Of a stretch of DNA of 64,000 nucleotides, positions 47,915 through 58,191 are shown in pieces. Source of the DNA: an uncultured Planctomycetia bacterium (GTDB taxonomy: Bacteria > Omnitrophota > Gorgyraeia > Duberdicusellales > 4484-171). The stretch lies in the NCBI GenBank assembly GCA_964489445.1, contig CAZAYU010000001.1, forward strand, positions 210,276-274,275, given 5' to 3'. The translations under genes were made by a program, and so were the position numbers. The stretch's first letter is position 1, and each line of letters opens with the position of its first letter. The notes below the pieces were generated by a model. That model did not search any database. It worked only from the letters and a program-made list of their open reading frames with translations, and had not been told where the DNA came from.

Positions 47915-50700
47915 TATATTTTTTTCTTTAAAAACTTTCCAGTATATGAAGCAGGAACAGAAACAATTTCTTCCGGAGCTCCGCAAGCAATAACTTTCCC
48001 GCCCTGGTTGCCTCCTTCTGGCCCTAAATCAATAACATAATCAGCACATTTTATCACATCTAAGTTATGCTCAATAATTAAAACAGTATTTTTTTTGTCA
48101 ACTAGACATTGTAAAGCTAAAAGAAGCTTTCGGATATCATCAAAATGCAAGCCAGTTGTCGGTTCATCCAATATGTATAGAGTCTTTCCAGTTGCTTTTT
48201 TGCGTAATTGAGATGCCAGCTTCATTCTTTGGGCTTCTCCTCCAGAAAGAGTAGTCGCAAACTGGCCAAGAGAAATATACCCTAAACCAACATCTATTAA
48301 GGTTTGTAAAATATTTTTTATCCGGGGAAAGTTAATAAATAGCTCGTAAACCTTATCTACATCTAGCTCTAAAATATCAGAAATACTTTTTCCTTTAAAT
48401 TTAATTTCTTGTGTTTGCTTATTGAATCTTTTTCCTTTGCATACCTCGCAAGGAATATAGATATCCGGAAGAAAATGCATTTCAATTTTTTTTGTTCCTT
48501 CCCCTCGACAAGCCTCACATCGTCCTCCTGAGACATTAAAGCTAAAACGAGAAAGACTATATCCCCGCATTCTTGATTCCGCCAAGCGACTAAAGACTTC
48601 TCGAATATAAGTAAATACCCCCGTGTAAGTAGCCGGATTAGAACGAGGAGTTCTGCCAATCGGAGATTGATCAACAATAATCACCTTATCAATATTTTCC
48701 AGTCCTTCAATTTTTTTAACCTTTCCTGGTCTATTCCGAGAGCCATAAAGATGCTTTGCTAAAGTATTATACAAAATATCTTCTACTAGCGTTGACTTTC
48801 CAGAACCAGAAACACCAGTAACACAAATAAATGTTTCCAAAGGAATTTTTATGTTAATATTTTTTAAGTTATGTTCTTGAGCACCTTTAATTGATAAAAC
48901 TGGCTTATTTTTATATATTCTTCTTGTTGTTGGTACAGCAATCCTTTCTTCACCATTTAAATACTTTGCCGTAAGAGTTCCTGAAGATAATAAACCTTTT
49001 TTGGGGCCAGAATAAATAACTTTTCCTCCTTTACCTCCTGCGCCCGGGCCCAAATCAATAATCCAATCGCCGGCAGCAATCATCTGCTCGTCATGCTCAA
49101 CAACAATAATCGTATTCCCCAGATTTTTTAATTTTAATATCGTGTTTATTAATCTTGCATCATCCCGAGGATGCAATCCAATAGTCGGCTCATCCATTAT
49201 ATACAAAACCCCGGAAAGGGATGAACCTAGTTGAGCAGCCAGCCTTATTCTCTGGGCTTCCCCCCCCGATAGACTAAAGCTTAAACGATCTAAGGTAAGA
49301 TAAGAAAGACCAACGTTAACACAAAAAGAAAGACGTTTTTTTATTTCCTGAACTATATAGCTAGCAATTTTTTCATCATTCCCAGACAATTTAAGCATTT
49401 TAAAAAACTCTAAGCATTCACTAATACTCATCTTCGTAATATCCCAGATAGATTTTTTTGCCAAATAAACAGATAATGACTCTTTTTTTAAGCGTTGTCC
49501 TAGACATGCCAGGCAAGGTAACTTCGCCATATATTTAGAAATCTCTGATTTTCGGTAATCGCTCGCTGTAGAATTAAATATTCTTTCCAGATTAGGAATC
49601 ACACCTTCAAACGGCTTTCCCCAAACATAAGTGTTCTTATCTCCGTAAAGAATTTTTTTTCTTAAATCAGCTGATATCTTTTTAAACGGAATATCTAACG
49701 AACAGCCTAGCTCCCGCATTAATTCCCTTTGCAGAGCCCGATAATACATCATATATCCCTTGCTTCCCTTTCTCCACGCAGCAATGGCTCCTTCCCTGAA
49801 GGTCTTATTTTTATCTGGAACAATCAAACCAAGATCAAACTCTAATTTTATACCTAAACCATTACAATCTGGACAAGCTCCATAAGGAGAATTAAAAGAA
49901 AACATCCGTGGTTCCATTTCTCCTAAACTAACACCACAATATGCACAATTTAGCTGAGTAGTAAACAAATGCTCTTTTCCGGTATCATAATCGGCCACTA
50001 AAACATATGTACCCGATTTTCTCAGTGCAGTTTCTACAGAATCAGCTATTCGTTTTTTTTGTTCCTCTAAAACATCAACCCTGTCCACAACAACTTCTAT
50101 ATTATGTTGCTTGTATCTGCTGAGTACTATTTTTTCTCCTAGTTCATATATCTTGCCATCAACTCTGACTCTTACGAACCCCTCTTTTAAAAGCCTGTCG
50201 AATAAAGCTTCATGAGTGCCTTTACTCCCCCTTACTACCGGAGCAAGAATGATTATTTTGCAGCCATGAGGAAAAGAAAGTATTTTATCGATTATTTCCT
50301 GAGAAGTTTGTTTAACCACCGGCCGTTTGCATAAATAACAACAAGGTTTACCAACGCGTGCAAATAATAGTCTTAGATAATCATAGATTTCCGTTTGGGT
50401 AGCAACAATTGAACGCGGTGAAACATTAGCACCTCTCTGCTCGATAGCAATCGCCGGAGAAAGACCTTCAATGTGCTCCACATCTGGTTTCTCAAGCTGC
50501 CCTAAAAATTGTCGGGCATAACTCGATAAACTTTCTACATATCTTCTTTGGCCCTCAGCATAAATAGTGTCAAACGCCAAAGAAGACTTACCAGAGCCAG
50601 AAAGGCCAGTGACAATGATAAACTTTCCTTTAGGTATTTTTAAGCTAATGTTTTTTAAATTGTGCTCTCTGGCACCTTTAATAATTATATATTCATTCAT
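47914..50700 (-). CDS. uvrA: Excinuclease ABC subunit A
   Basis: 928 aa; two ABC ATPase modules (GLSGSGKSSL, GVSGSGKSTL), Zn-fingers, LSGGEAQR signatures. Confidence 0.97.
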   Translation of the reverse strand: MNEYIIIKGAREHNLKNISLKIPKGKFIIVTGLSGSGKSSLAFDTIYAEGQRRYVESLSSYARQFLGQLEKPDVEHIEGLSPAIAIEQRGANVSPRSIVATQTEIYDYLRLLFARVGKPCCYLCKRPVVKQTSQEIIDKILSFPHGCKIIILAPVVRGSKGTHEALFDRLLKEGFVRVRVDGKIYELGEKIVLSRYKQHNIEVVVDRVDVLEEQKKRIADSVETALRKSGTYVLVADYDTGKEHLFTTQLNCAYCGVSLGEMEPRMFSFNSPYGACPDCNGLGIKLEFDLGLIVPDKNKTFREGAIAAWRKGSKGYMMYYRALQRELMRELGCSLDIPFKKISADLRKKILYGDKNTYVWGKPFEGVIPNLERIFNSTASDYRKSEISKYMAKLPCLACLGQRLKKESLSVYLAKKSIWDITKMSISECLEFFKMLKLSGNDEKIASYIVQEIKKRLSFCVNVGLSYLTLDRLSFSLSGGEAQRIRLAAQLGSSLSGVLYIMDEPTIGLHPRDDARLINTILKLKNLGNTIIVVEHDEQMIAAGDWIIDLGPGAGGKGGKVIYSGPKKGLLSSGTLTAKYLNGEERIAVPTTRRIYKNKPVLSIKGAQEHNLKNINIKIPLETFICVTGVSGSGKSTLVEDILYNTLAKHLYGSRNRPGKVKKIEGLENIDKVIIVDQSPIGRTPRSNPATYTGVFTYIREVFSRLAESRMRGYSLSRFSFNVSGGRCEACRGEGTKKIEMHFLPDIYIPCEVCKGKRFNKQTQEIKFKGKSISDILELDVDKVYELFINFPRIKNILQTLIDVGLGYISLGQFATTLSGGEAQRMKLASQLRKKATGKTLYILDEPTTGLHFDDIRKLLLALQCLVDKKNTVLIIEHNLDVIKCADYVIDLGPEGGNQGGKVIACGAPEEIVSVPASYTGKFLKKKI

Positions 50701-50860
50701 GGTTGCACTGAGAAATGATTATTCAATATTTTAAATTAGCAACATTTTAATCTATACATCATTATTCTTTATAATTGAACTCCACGTATATTTCTACATA
50801 GGCACCAGAGCCTGCCATTAGTTGTCTACCTCGGGCTTTCTGATTTTTAATATTATTTTT

Positions 50861-51682
50861 TTAACTACCGATGCAAAAAGAAAAACAAATTTTTTCCAAT
50901 AATTTTTGTGCAGAAAGAATAGTCAAAGCGCTTGTTTTAGGATTTGATCTTGAAGGAATATTTTCCACACTAAACGTCAAGTTTGCTTCTTCAGCTTCTA
51001 CCGTTACCCTATGAATATTGCGTTTTATTTTAGGGTCAGCCTTAATGCATACTTTAATATCTTTTAAAGACGAAGCAAGCCAGAGAGTTGCGGCAACATT
51101 TATATTCTTGGGAAAATATTTGATAGCTTGCCTAACTCCGCCTCTAAAAACAACAATCTCTTTTTTAAGTGAAGATAAATTTATCTTTTTTTTAATTAGA
51201 TATTCTACCCCCATAAGACCTTTGGGGGGTTTAGAAGTCACCAAAGAAAGCGATTTTATTTTGCCTTTGCTTAAAGCTCCTATTCCATCAATACCACAAA
51301 TAGCTCCCGATGGTATATACACATTGATTTTTTTAGCAATTGCTTTTTTTATTAAACTAAAATTTTTTACACACATACCAGTGCTTAATATCATAATATC
51401 TTTCCTAAAATGGATAGCTTTCATTAAAGCTGACTCTGCTGCCTCCTGTGATGCCGCCTCAATAACTAGGTCTACTCTTTCAACTAAATTTTTAACATCA
51501 TAGATTGCAGGCAATGTTTTTAATTTATTTTGCAATTTTTTTGCTGATTCTATTTGTTTATCTGCTAAGCCATATATCGAAAAAAACCGGTGCATTTTCT
51601 TGTCAATAAATAAGGCAATCCCCGTCCCAATAGCTCCACATCCTATAATTCCCACTTTTAATTTATTATTCGTCCGTTTCAT
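50861..51682 (-). CDS. nadX: L-aspartate dehydrogenase (NadX family)
   Basis: 273 aa; Rossmann GIIGCGAIG, NadX blocks PSGAICGIDG, NINVAATLWLA, SNPKTSALT align with Thermotoga NadX. Confidence 0.82.
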   Translation of the reverse strand: MKRTNNKLKVGIIGCGAIGTGIALFIDKKMHRFFSIYGLADKQIESAKKLQNKLKTLPAIYDVKNLVERVDLVIEAASQEAAESALMKAIHFRKDIMILSTGMCVKNFSLIKKAIAKKINVYIPSGAICGIDGIGALSKGKIKSLSLVTSKPPKGLMGVEYLIKKKINLSSLKKEIVVFRGGVRQAIKYFPKNINVAATLWLASSLKDIKVCIKADPKIKRNIHRVTVEAEEANLTFSVENIPSRSNPKTSALTILSAQKLLEKICFSFCIGS

Positions 51683-51692
51683 AGCCTCCCCT

Positions 51693-52547
51693 TCATTTAC
51701 TACTTATTTTAATCACCAAATTGTCAATTAAGCGAACATTATTTATGTAGAATGCAATCACGGCTAACACTGTATTGTCTATATTTTTTACATCAATTAG
51801 ACTGTTAGGATCTACTATCCTTAGGTAATCTATTTTAACTACACATTTTTTTGTGACAAAATACCTTACCTTATCTAAGACAACCTTAGAGTTTCTCTGG
51901 CCATCATCAATTAGCTGTTTTGTTAAGCATAATGCCTTATAACCACACGTGCTTTTTTCTCTGTCTTGTTCACTTAAGTAAACATTACGAGAGCTTATTG
52001 CTAAATTGTTTTTTTCTCTAATGGTCGGGAGCACTTTTACTTTAATCGAAAACATTAAATCCCTTACCAGTCTTTTTACTACTTGTGCTTGCTGATAATC
52101 TTTCTGTCCAAAATAAACAATATCTGGATTAACAATATTAAAAAGTTTTACCAATACCGTGCACACACCTTTAAAGTGGCTAAAACGTGATCGCCCACAC
52201 AAAAATCGACTTATATCTACTTCGTCTACAAAAATCGAAGAATTCGAACAATACATTTCCTTCTCACTAGGTAAAAACAACAAATCAACTTTTTCCTTTT
52301 TTAATAGTTGAATATCCTTTTTAATGCTTCGCGGATACCTCTTATAATCTTCCCGTGGACCAAATTGAAGGGGATTTACAAAAATACTCACAACTATCAA
52401 CCCCTTGTCTTTTCCGGCATTCCTGATTAAGGAAATATGTCCGTCGTGTAACGCGCCCATTGTTGGGACAAAACATATCTTTTTCCCCGTTTTACTATAT
52501 TTTCGAGAAATAGCCATCATGCTGATAGCACTTTTAATAATGTTCAT
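51693..52547 (-). CDS. panC: Pantoate--beta-alanine ligase
   Basis: 284 aa; PTMGALHDGH (HxGH), pantothenate synthetase fold. Confidence 0.93.
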   Translation of the reverse strand: MNIIKSAISMMAISRKYSKTGKKICFVPTMGALHDGHISLIRNAGKDKGLIVVSIFVNPLQFGPREDYKRYPRSIKKDIQLLKKEKVDLLFLPSEKEMYCSNSSIFVDEVDISRFLCGRSRFSHFKGVCTVLVKLFNIVNPDIVYFGQKDYQQAQVVKRLVRDLMFSIKVKVLPTIREKNNLAISSRNVYLSEQDREKSTCGYKALCLTKQLIDDGQRNSKVVLDKVRYFVTKKCVVKIDYLRIVDPNSLIDVKNIDNTVLAVIAFYINNVRLIDNLVIKISSK

Positions 52548-52990
52548 ATAATTTTTTCTAAGTTTTTATGGCTGTTTATCTTGCCTTTTAACTCGGGAGC
52601 AATTTTTAGTAATGGATTCATCACGAACTGGCGCTCGAACATTTTAGGATGAGGCACAGTAAGATTATTTTCGTTAATCCGGACATCATCATACAATAAT
52701 AAATCTAAATCAATAATCCGGGGTGCATTCTTAAAGCTGGATACCCTGCCAATTTTTTTTTCTATTTTTTTAAATTCCAATAACAATACTTGCGGTGACA
52801 GACAAGAAGCTAATTTTAAAACACCATTTAAGTAATCAGGACCACCACCACCTACTGGATAGCTCCTGACCAGGTGAGAAACCCTTTCCACAGAAATTCC
52901 TTCAACTTCCCGAAGAAAAGAAATAGCTTTTTTGATGTTCTTCCGCCGATCACCTAAATTGGACCCTATCCCAACAAAAATAGTTGCCAT
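52544..52990 (-). CDS. folK: 2-amino-4-hydroxy-6-hydroxymethyldihydropteridine pyrophosphokinase
   Basis: 148 aa; IGSNLGDR, DLDLLLYDD HPPK motifs. Confidence 0.92.
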   Translation of the reverse strand: MATIFVGIGSNLGDRRKNIKKAISFLREVEGISVERVSHLVRSYPVGGGGPDYLNGVLKLASCLSPQVLLLEFKKIEKKIGRVSSFKNAPRIIDLDLLLYDDVRINENNLTVPHPKMFERQFVMNPLLKIAPELKGKINSHKNLEKII

Positions 52991-52995
52991 TTCCT

Positions 52996-54603
52996 TTAAC
53001 GAAATTTATTAGTTATAGGCATCCGCCTGTCTTTTCCAAAAGCTCTGGGAGTAATTTTAATCCCCACAGGGGCCTGCCGACGTTTATACTCATTAGAATC
53101 TACCATTTTTATAATTCTTTGGACCACTTCTTTTTTAAACCCTTTCCGAGTGATTGACTCCAAAGATTTTTCCTTTTCAACATACAACTGTAAAAGCGAA
53201 TCAAGCAAATCATAATCGGGAAGAGTATCAATATCTTTCTGATTGAATCTAAGTTCTGCAGAAGGAGCTCTTTTAATTATCGAACTGGGAATCCCTTTGT
53301 TTTTGTAAATTTTGTTGATGCGTCCGGCAAGCTTATACACAAGCATCTTGGGAACATCTTTCAGAATACCAAAACCACCAACCATATCACCATAAAGAGT
53401 GCAATACCCACAAGCTAGCTCACTCTTATTCCCAGTGTTTAGCACCAAAAAGCCAAGCTTATTAGAAAAAGCCATTAACAAGTTTCCTCTTATTCGCGCC
53501 TGTATATTCTCCTCGGTCTTCCCGCAAACTTCCTCCTTAAAACAACTCTTAAGGCAGTCTAAATAAGCATTAAAAATATTACCAATGCTAATAATCTGGT
53601 ACTTTACATTAAAATTTCTACATACCTCTTGAGCATCCCCAAGAGTCTCTTTCGAAGTATAACAAGAAGGCATTATTAAGGCGTAAACATTCTCTGGTCC
53701 TAAGGCAAGGCTAGCTAGTCCTAAAACAACTGCCGAGTCAATGCCTCCGCTAACCCCCAAGATTACTTTTTTAAATCCGTTTTTTTTAAGATAATCATTT
53801 ATTCCTAAAGATAGGGCAGACAATGCTTCTTCTGGTTCGTCCACAATAATCTTCTTAACAGGATACATCTTTTGACTTTCAAAAGTAAAAACATTTAAAT
53901 CTTCTGAAAATCTATTTAAACAAGCAACCATCTTTCCTTTAGAAGAAAATACTTTACTGGTCCCATCAAACACAATTTCGTCTTGCCCGCCGATTAAATT
54001 ACAATAGAATAAAAAACTATTTGTCGACTTTGCTAAATTAGCTAATATTTTTTCTCTTTGAATAACCTTTCCTAAATGAAACGGAGATGCAGAAATATTA
54101 ATGATAAAATCTAATTTCTTTTTTTTAAATAATTGGAGAAATTGATTTCGCCAGATATCTTCACAAATGGTTAAAGTAAATCTATATTTCTTAAATGTGT
54201 AGACAGGGATAAAATTGCCTGGCTTAAAGTAACGTTTTTCGTCAAATACCCCGTAATTAGGTAAAATTATTTTATCATACACGTCCTTAATTTTTTTATC
54301 TTGAACTACCGCACAAGAATTATATATGTTACCCTGTTTTTCATTAACAAACCCAATTAAAACTACTACACCGGCACATTCCTTCTTTATTAAATGTAAA
54401 AAACGTTTATTTTCAGATATAAATTGCTTTCTAAGCAAAAGATCTTCCGGAGGATATCCGGTTAGCGCTAACTCAGGAAAAACAATGATTTCCGCTTCTT
54501 GAGACTTGGCTTTTTTTATGTAGGTAATTATTTTCTTATAATTACCTTTAAAATCACCAACAGTCGAATTAATTTGTGCTAGTGCAATTTTAAGCATAGG
54601 CAT
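52996..54603 (-). CDS. nadE: Glutamine-dependent NAD+ synthetase
   Basis: 535 aa; N-terminal CN-hydrolase (E-K-C triad: FPELAL, DKIILP, TICEDIW) plus C-terminal synthetase SGGIDS. Confidence 0.94.
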   Translation of the reverse strand: MPMLKIALAQINSTVGDFKGNYKKIITYIKKAKSQEAEIIVFPELALTGYPPEDLLLRKQFISENKRFLHLIKKECAGVVVLIGFVNEKQGNIYNSCAVVQDKKIKDVYDKIILPNYGVFDEKRYFKPGNFIPVYTFKKYRFTLTICEDIWRNQFLQLFKKKKLDFIINISASPFHLGKVIQREKILANLAKSTNSFLFYCNLIGGQDEIVFDGTSKVFSSKGKMVACLNRFSEDLNVFTFESQKMYPVKKIIVDEPEEALSALSLGINDYLKKNGFKKVILGVSGGIDSAVVLGLASLALGPENVYALIMPSCYTSKETLGDAQEVCRNFNVKYQIISIGNIFNAYLDCLKSCFKEEVCGKTEENIQARIRGNLLMAFSNKLGFLVLNTGNKSELACGYCTLYGDMVGGFGILKDVPKMLVYKLAGRINKIYKNKGIPSSIIKRAPSAELRFNQKDIDTLPDYDLLDSLLQLYVEKEKSLESITRKGFKKEVVQRIIKMVDSNEYKRRQAPVGIKITPRAFGKDRRMPITNKFR

Positions 54604-54605
54604 TA

Positions 54606-55364
54606 TTATACTACTTTACGTTTAGCGTTCAAGGACCCCATATAAAACAAAATAATACCCAGTAACACCAAAATAAATGAAATAATCTGCGATGTTGAAA
54701 AATATAAAATATACCCTCGGGGATCACCGCGAAAAAATTCAATTGTAAAACGAAATACTCCGTAAAAAATTAAATAACAAGAAGAAACTTGACCGCTAAA
54801 TATTTTTTTCCGGCTTATGGCCAAAATAATTAAAAAGAGAACTAAAAGAAAAAAAGCAGATATAAGTTGAGTAGGTATTACTCTAGTGCATAGCTCTCCT
54901 GCCGGGCTTCCTAACGGAAATTGTATCCCAATCCAAGAAGAGGTAGGCTTTCCATAGCAACAACCATAGAAAAAACATCCCACTCTTCCCAATGCATGTG
55001 CTAACGGAACACCCAACACTATAATGTCCGCTAAGTTTAAAAAATAAATATTATATTTTCTGGACAAAATATAAATAGCACAAATTCCGGTAATAACCCC
55101 ACCATAAAAAACAAAACCACTCCTAATCATCGCCAAAGGCTCTATCAAGAAGTACTTCATTTCAATCAACAAATAAAGTAACTTTGCTCCTAAAAATGCA
55201 GAAATAATCACCCAAAAAATAATATCAGAAAATACTTTAGAGTCTATTCCTTGTCTTTTTGCTTCCCGACTACAGATAAAATACCCAAGAACTACACCCA
55301 AAAAAACAAAAAACCCATACGTATAAATAGTAACTGGCCCTAGCTTAAATAATATCGGATGCAT
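54606..55364 (-). CDS. lgt: Prolipoprotein diacylglyceryl transferase
   Basis: 252 aa polytopic; Lgt signature N-terminus MHPILFKLGPVTIYTYGFF and H/G-rich central block. Confidence 0.9.
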   Translation of the reverse strand: MHPILFKLGPVTIYTYGFFVFLGVVLGYFICSREAKRQGIDSKVFSDIIFWVIISAFLGAKLLYLLIEMKYFLIEPLAMIRSGFVFYGGVITGICAIYILSRKYNIYFLNLADIIVLGVPLAHALGRVGCFFYGCCYGKPTSSWIGIQFPLGSPAGELCTRVIPTQLISAFFLLVLFLIILAISRKKIFSGQVSSCYLIFYGVFRFTIEFFRGDPRGYILYFSTSQIISFILVLLGIILFYMGSLNAKRKVV

Positions 55365-55463
55365 AATTTTCCCCCTTTAAAGGTAAGTAAACTCTTCGCA
55401 CACTCTTATCCATTCATTGCTTAACCAGTAGTTTTTTTAAAAAGCCTTAACCTCCATGCCCGT

Positions 55464-55901
55464 CTAAATCGACAACATAATATTTACCGGTCCATCCATT
55501 TCAATGTCAATCTTCATTTCTGCACCAAATACCCCTTGAGTAACGTTGATGTTATTTGCTTTTAATAAATTAACAAAATCTGTGAATAAACTTTCTGCCC
55601 CCGACGGCTTCATTGCTGCCTCAAAAGAAGGCCGACGACCACGATTAGTATTTGCACAAAGAGTAAAATTAGGAACACACATAACGAAATAATTTTTACT
55701 TTTAAGCGAGTAACTAAATTTCCCCTGATCGTCAGGAAAAATCCTTAAATTAATTATTTTTTCTGCCATCCTTTCTAAGATACGCTTATCGTCTTTTTCT
55801 TCAATCCCGACAAACAATGCCAGCCCCCGATCAATTTCCGCAACACTCCTTCCTTTTATATTCACTTTCCCTTTACTACATCGTGATAGTAACACTTTCA
55901 T
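55464..55901 (-). CDS. dtd: D-aminoacyl-tRNA deacylase
   Basis: 145 aa; NFTL (SQFTL-type) and GRRPSF (GxRP) motifs. Confidence 0.9.
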   Translation of the reverse strand: MKVLLSRCSKGKVNIKGRSVAEIDRGLALFVGIEEKDDKRILERMAEKIINLRIFPDDQGKFSYSLKSKNYFVMCVPNFTLCANTNRGRRPSFEAAMKPSGAESLFTDFVNLLKANNINVTQGVFGAEMKIDIEMDGPVNIMLSI

Positions 55902-55915
55902 GCCTTAACTATTTC

Positions 55916-56842
55916 TTAGGAATTATTTCTCCTGAAATGATATCCTTGGTAAGTATTTCTCTTCTTTAGTTCCCGATGAATTTCTGCGATAACTGCTCCT
56001 TTACGACTAATCCACAAAGGGGCAACTAAAAAATCTAAAAATGCATCAGAAACCGCTCTCAAAATAACAATAGAAGCTGGAATTTTTTCTAAAAAATCAC
56101 AAATAATATTCACATACTCATCCAGCTTTAACAGTTTAATTTCTTTATTCGCATAGAGTTTTTCCAAATAAGTACCTTTTAGAATGTGTAAAACATGGAA
56201 CTTAACGCCTTGAATGTCGAGAAAAGAAATATTCGCAGCATCATTCATCATGTGCTCACAAGTTGCCTGAGGTAGCCCTAAAATTAGATGCAACCCTACA
56301 TTAATGCCGTATTTTCTGGTTAAAGGTAAAATTTTCAAAAAGTCCTCATAAGTGTGGTTGCGATTAATTGCCTTTAAGATAAGGTTGTTGGTGGTTTGCA
56401 ACCCATATTCTATCCAAACTAAATATTTTTTTTGGTATTTAGCAATTAATTTTAACTTCTCTTCATCAACGCAATCTGGGCGAGTAGCAATAAACAAGCC
56501 AACTATTTGCGGAAATTTGTATATCACATCGTATTTTTCCTGTAAAACAGTTAGGTTTGCATAAGTATTTGTAAATGATTGAAAGTAAAGAATAAATTTG
56601 CGTACGCCTAATCTTCTTTCGTAAAATTTTATTGACTCTGAGATCTGGTCTTCAACACTTTTGATTGATTCCGCATAAAGCCCAAATCCAGAGTTACTAC
56701 AATAAACACAGCCATCTCGGCTAAGCTTGCCATCAAGATTCGGACAATCAAACCCTGCATTAACACTTATCTTTTGAACTCTTTCGCCAAAAATATTTCG
56801 CAGATAACGATTAAACGAATAGTATCCATCTTCTGGCTGCAT
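55916..56842 (-). CDS. Radical SAM protein, TIGR01212/YhcC-like family
   Basis: 308 aa; FDCPNLDGKLSRDGCVYC Cys cluster typical of that family. Confidence 0.75.
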   Translation of the reverse strand: MQPEDGYYSFNRYLRNIFGERVQKISVNAGFDCPNLDGKLSRDGCVYCSNSGFGLYAESIKSVEDQISESIKFYERRLGVRKFILYFQSFTNTYANLTVLQEKYDVIYKFPQIVGLFIATRPDCVDEEKLKLIAKYQKKYLVWIEYGLQTTNNLILKAINRNHTYEDFLKILPLTRKYGINVGLHLILGLPQATCEHMMNDAANISFLDIQGVKFHVLHILKGTYLEKLYANKEIKLLKLDEYVNIICDFLEKIPASIVILRAVSDAFLDFLVAPLWISRKGAVIAEIHRELKKRNTYQGYHFRRNNS

Positions 56843-56848
56843 TCTTTT

Positions 56849-57397
56849 TCACCTAGTATTATCTTTTATGCGACTTGTGCGACTATACACGCATCCACAA
56901 TAATTTTGACGATAAAGATTGTTCTTTTTAGCAATATCTATAGTTTTTGCAAAACCACCTTCTTTTTTAAAATCATATGGTAAAAATTTTTTATCCCCTA
57001 TTTTACATCCAACTTCAATAATCGACATACTGGATTTATGAGGACTAATAGTTAAAGTTGTTGTAAAGTAATCATATTCTTTCTGAAGGCAATAATTAAA
57101 GGTTTCTTTTAGACGTAAAGAATAGCAATCTACACAACGAGCGCCTCCCTCTATTTGGTTAGAATCATCCTTACAAATATTAAACCACAGAGGCACATCA
57201 TAACAGCCTTCAACGACTTTGATTTTCTGTTTATCAGCAACAATATTCATTACTTCTCTTCGCTTTAAATATTCACCACGTGGATGAATGTTTGGATTAA
57301 AAAAAAATGCTTCGACAGAAAACCCCTCGCTTTTAAGCTTTTGGATTGCAAAAGAAGCACAAACACCGCAACAAACATGAATCAGTACTTTTTTCAT
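56849..57397 (-). CDS. queH: Epoxyqueuosine reductase QueH
   Basis: 182 aa; HVCCGVCAS (HxCCxxC) plus downstream Cys pairs, DUF208/QueH length. Confidence 0.82.
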   Translation of the reverse strand: MKKVLIHVCCGVCASFAIQKLKSEGFSVEAFFFNPNIHPRGEYLKRREVMNIVADKQKIKVVEGCYDVPLWFNICKDDSNQIEGGARCVDCYSLRLKETFNYCLQKEYDYFTTTLTISPHKSSMSIIEVGCKIGDKKFLPYDFKKEGGFAKTIDIAKKNNLYRQNYCGCVYSRTSRIKDNTR

Positions 57398-58191
57398 ATA
57401 TCAAAATAGTCATTTATTGTAATAAAATCGATCTTTTTCTTGATTTCCGGTAGGTTTTTTTCCAAAAAATTAATCGTATTCTCACGGGGGTGCGCAATCA
57501 CAATTATCTTGCCCTTCTCTTTGGCCTTACCAATTAATGAATTCATGCGCTTTCCTATCTCCTCCTGGCTGTCTACTGCATCTAAAAAACCTTCGTTGTA
57601 ACCGCATTCTAATCCTTCTTGGTTAGCAACATTATAAGCTACAGAATCCAGCGAAGTGCGGCTATCAATGAATACCAAATCTCTTTTTTTTATTGCATTC
57701 ATCACTAACTTCATCAATTCTGTATTTTGAGTTGCCTTGGAACCCATATGATTGTTTACACCGACAGCTATTCTTATTGAATTAAGGTATCGACGCAATA
57801 ACGATTCAACATCCCTTTTGTTTAAATCGCCGCTAATAAAATTATAGTTTAGAGAGCTAGTTTTTGTCTTATTATCCGGCTCACAAGGTAAATGGATAAA
57901 AATAGAAAATCCACAACGCGCACCAATATGAGCAATATTTCGGGAAAATTTTAAATTAGGAATTATAGAAATTGTAAGTGGGATTTCTAATGAATAAAGC
58001 CTTTTTAACTCATTCAGACTTTCACCTAAATCATCAAAAATTAAAGCAATCTTTGGCAATACAAACAGTTTATCATTACTTAACGATCGAGCAGCTTGAG
58101 AGTAATTATTTTGTTTGTTTGAAGCCTTATAAAAAATTATTGGGCTAACAATTAAAATTATAAGAATTAAATATTTTAAAGCTTTAGACAT
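57394..58191 (-). CDS. Divergent polysaccharide deacetylase family protein (YibQ-like)
   Basis: 265 aa; N-terminal TM, IALIFDDLGES and NNHMGS motifs of YibQ/DUF610 family. Confidence 0.72.
   Translation of the reverse strand: MSKALKYLILIILIVSPIIFYKASNKQNNYSQAARSLSNDKLFVLPKIALIFDDLGESLNELKRLYSLEIPLTISIIPNLKFSRNIAHIGARCGFSIFIHLPCEPDNKTKTSSLNYNFISGDLNKRDVESLLRRYLNSIRIAVGVNNHMGSKATQNTELMKLVMNAIKKRDLVFIDSRTSLDSVAYNVANQEGLECGYNEGFLDAVDSQEEIGKRMNSLIGKAKEKGKIIVIAHPRENTINFLEKNLPEIKKKIDFITINDYFDI

Noticed and set aside
47915-47986. N-terminal 24-codon extension of the TPR protein (TTG start inside uvrA)
   Set aside because: Extension is read from the uvrA coding region in another frame. The ATG at 47914 gives a textbook signal peptide and 1-nt stop/start overlap with uvrA.
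48369-48677. 102-aa minus-strand ORF inside uvrA
   Set aside because: Out-of-frame internal ORF of uvrA; no independent support.
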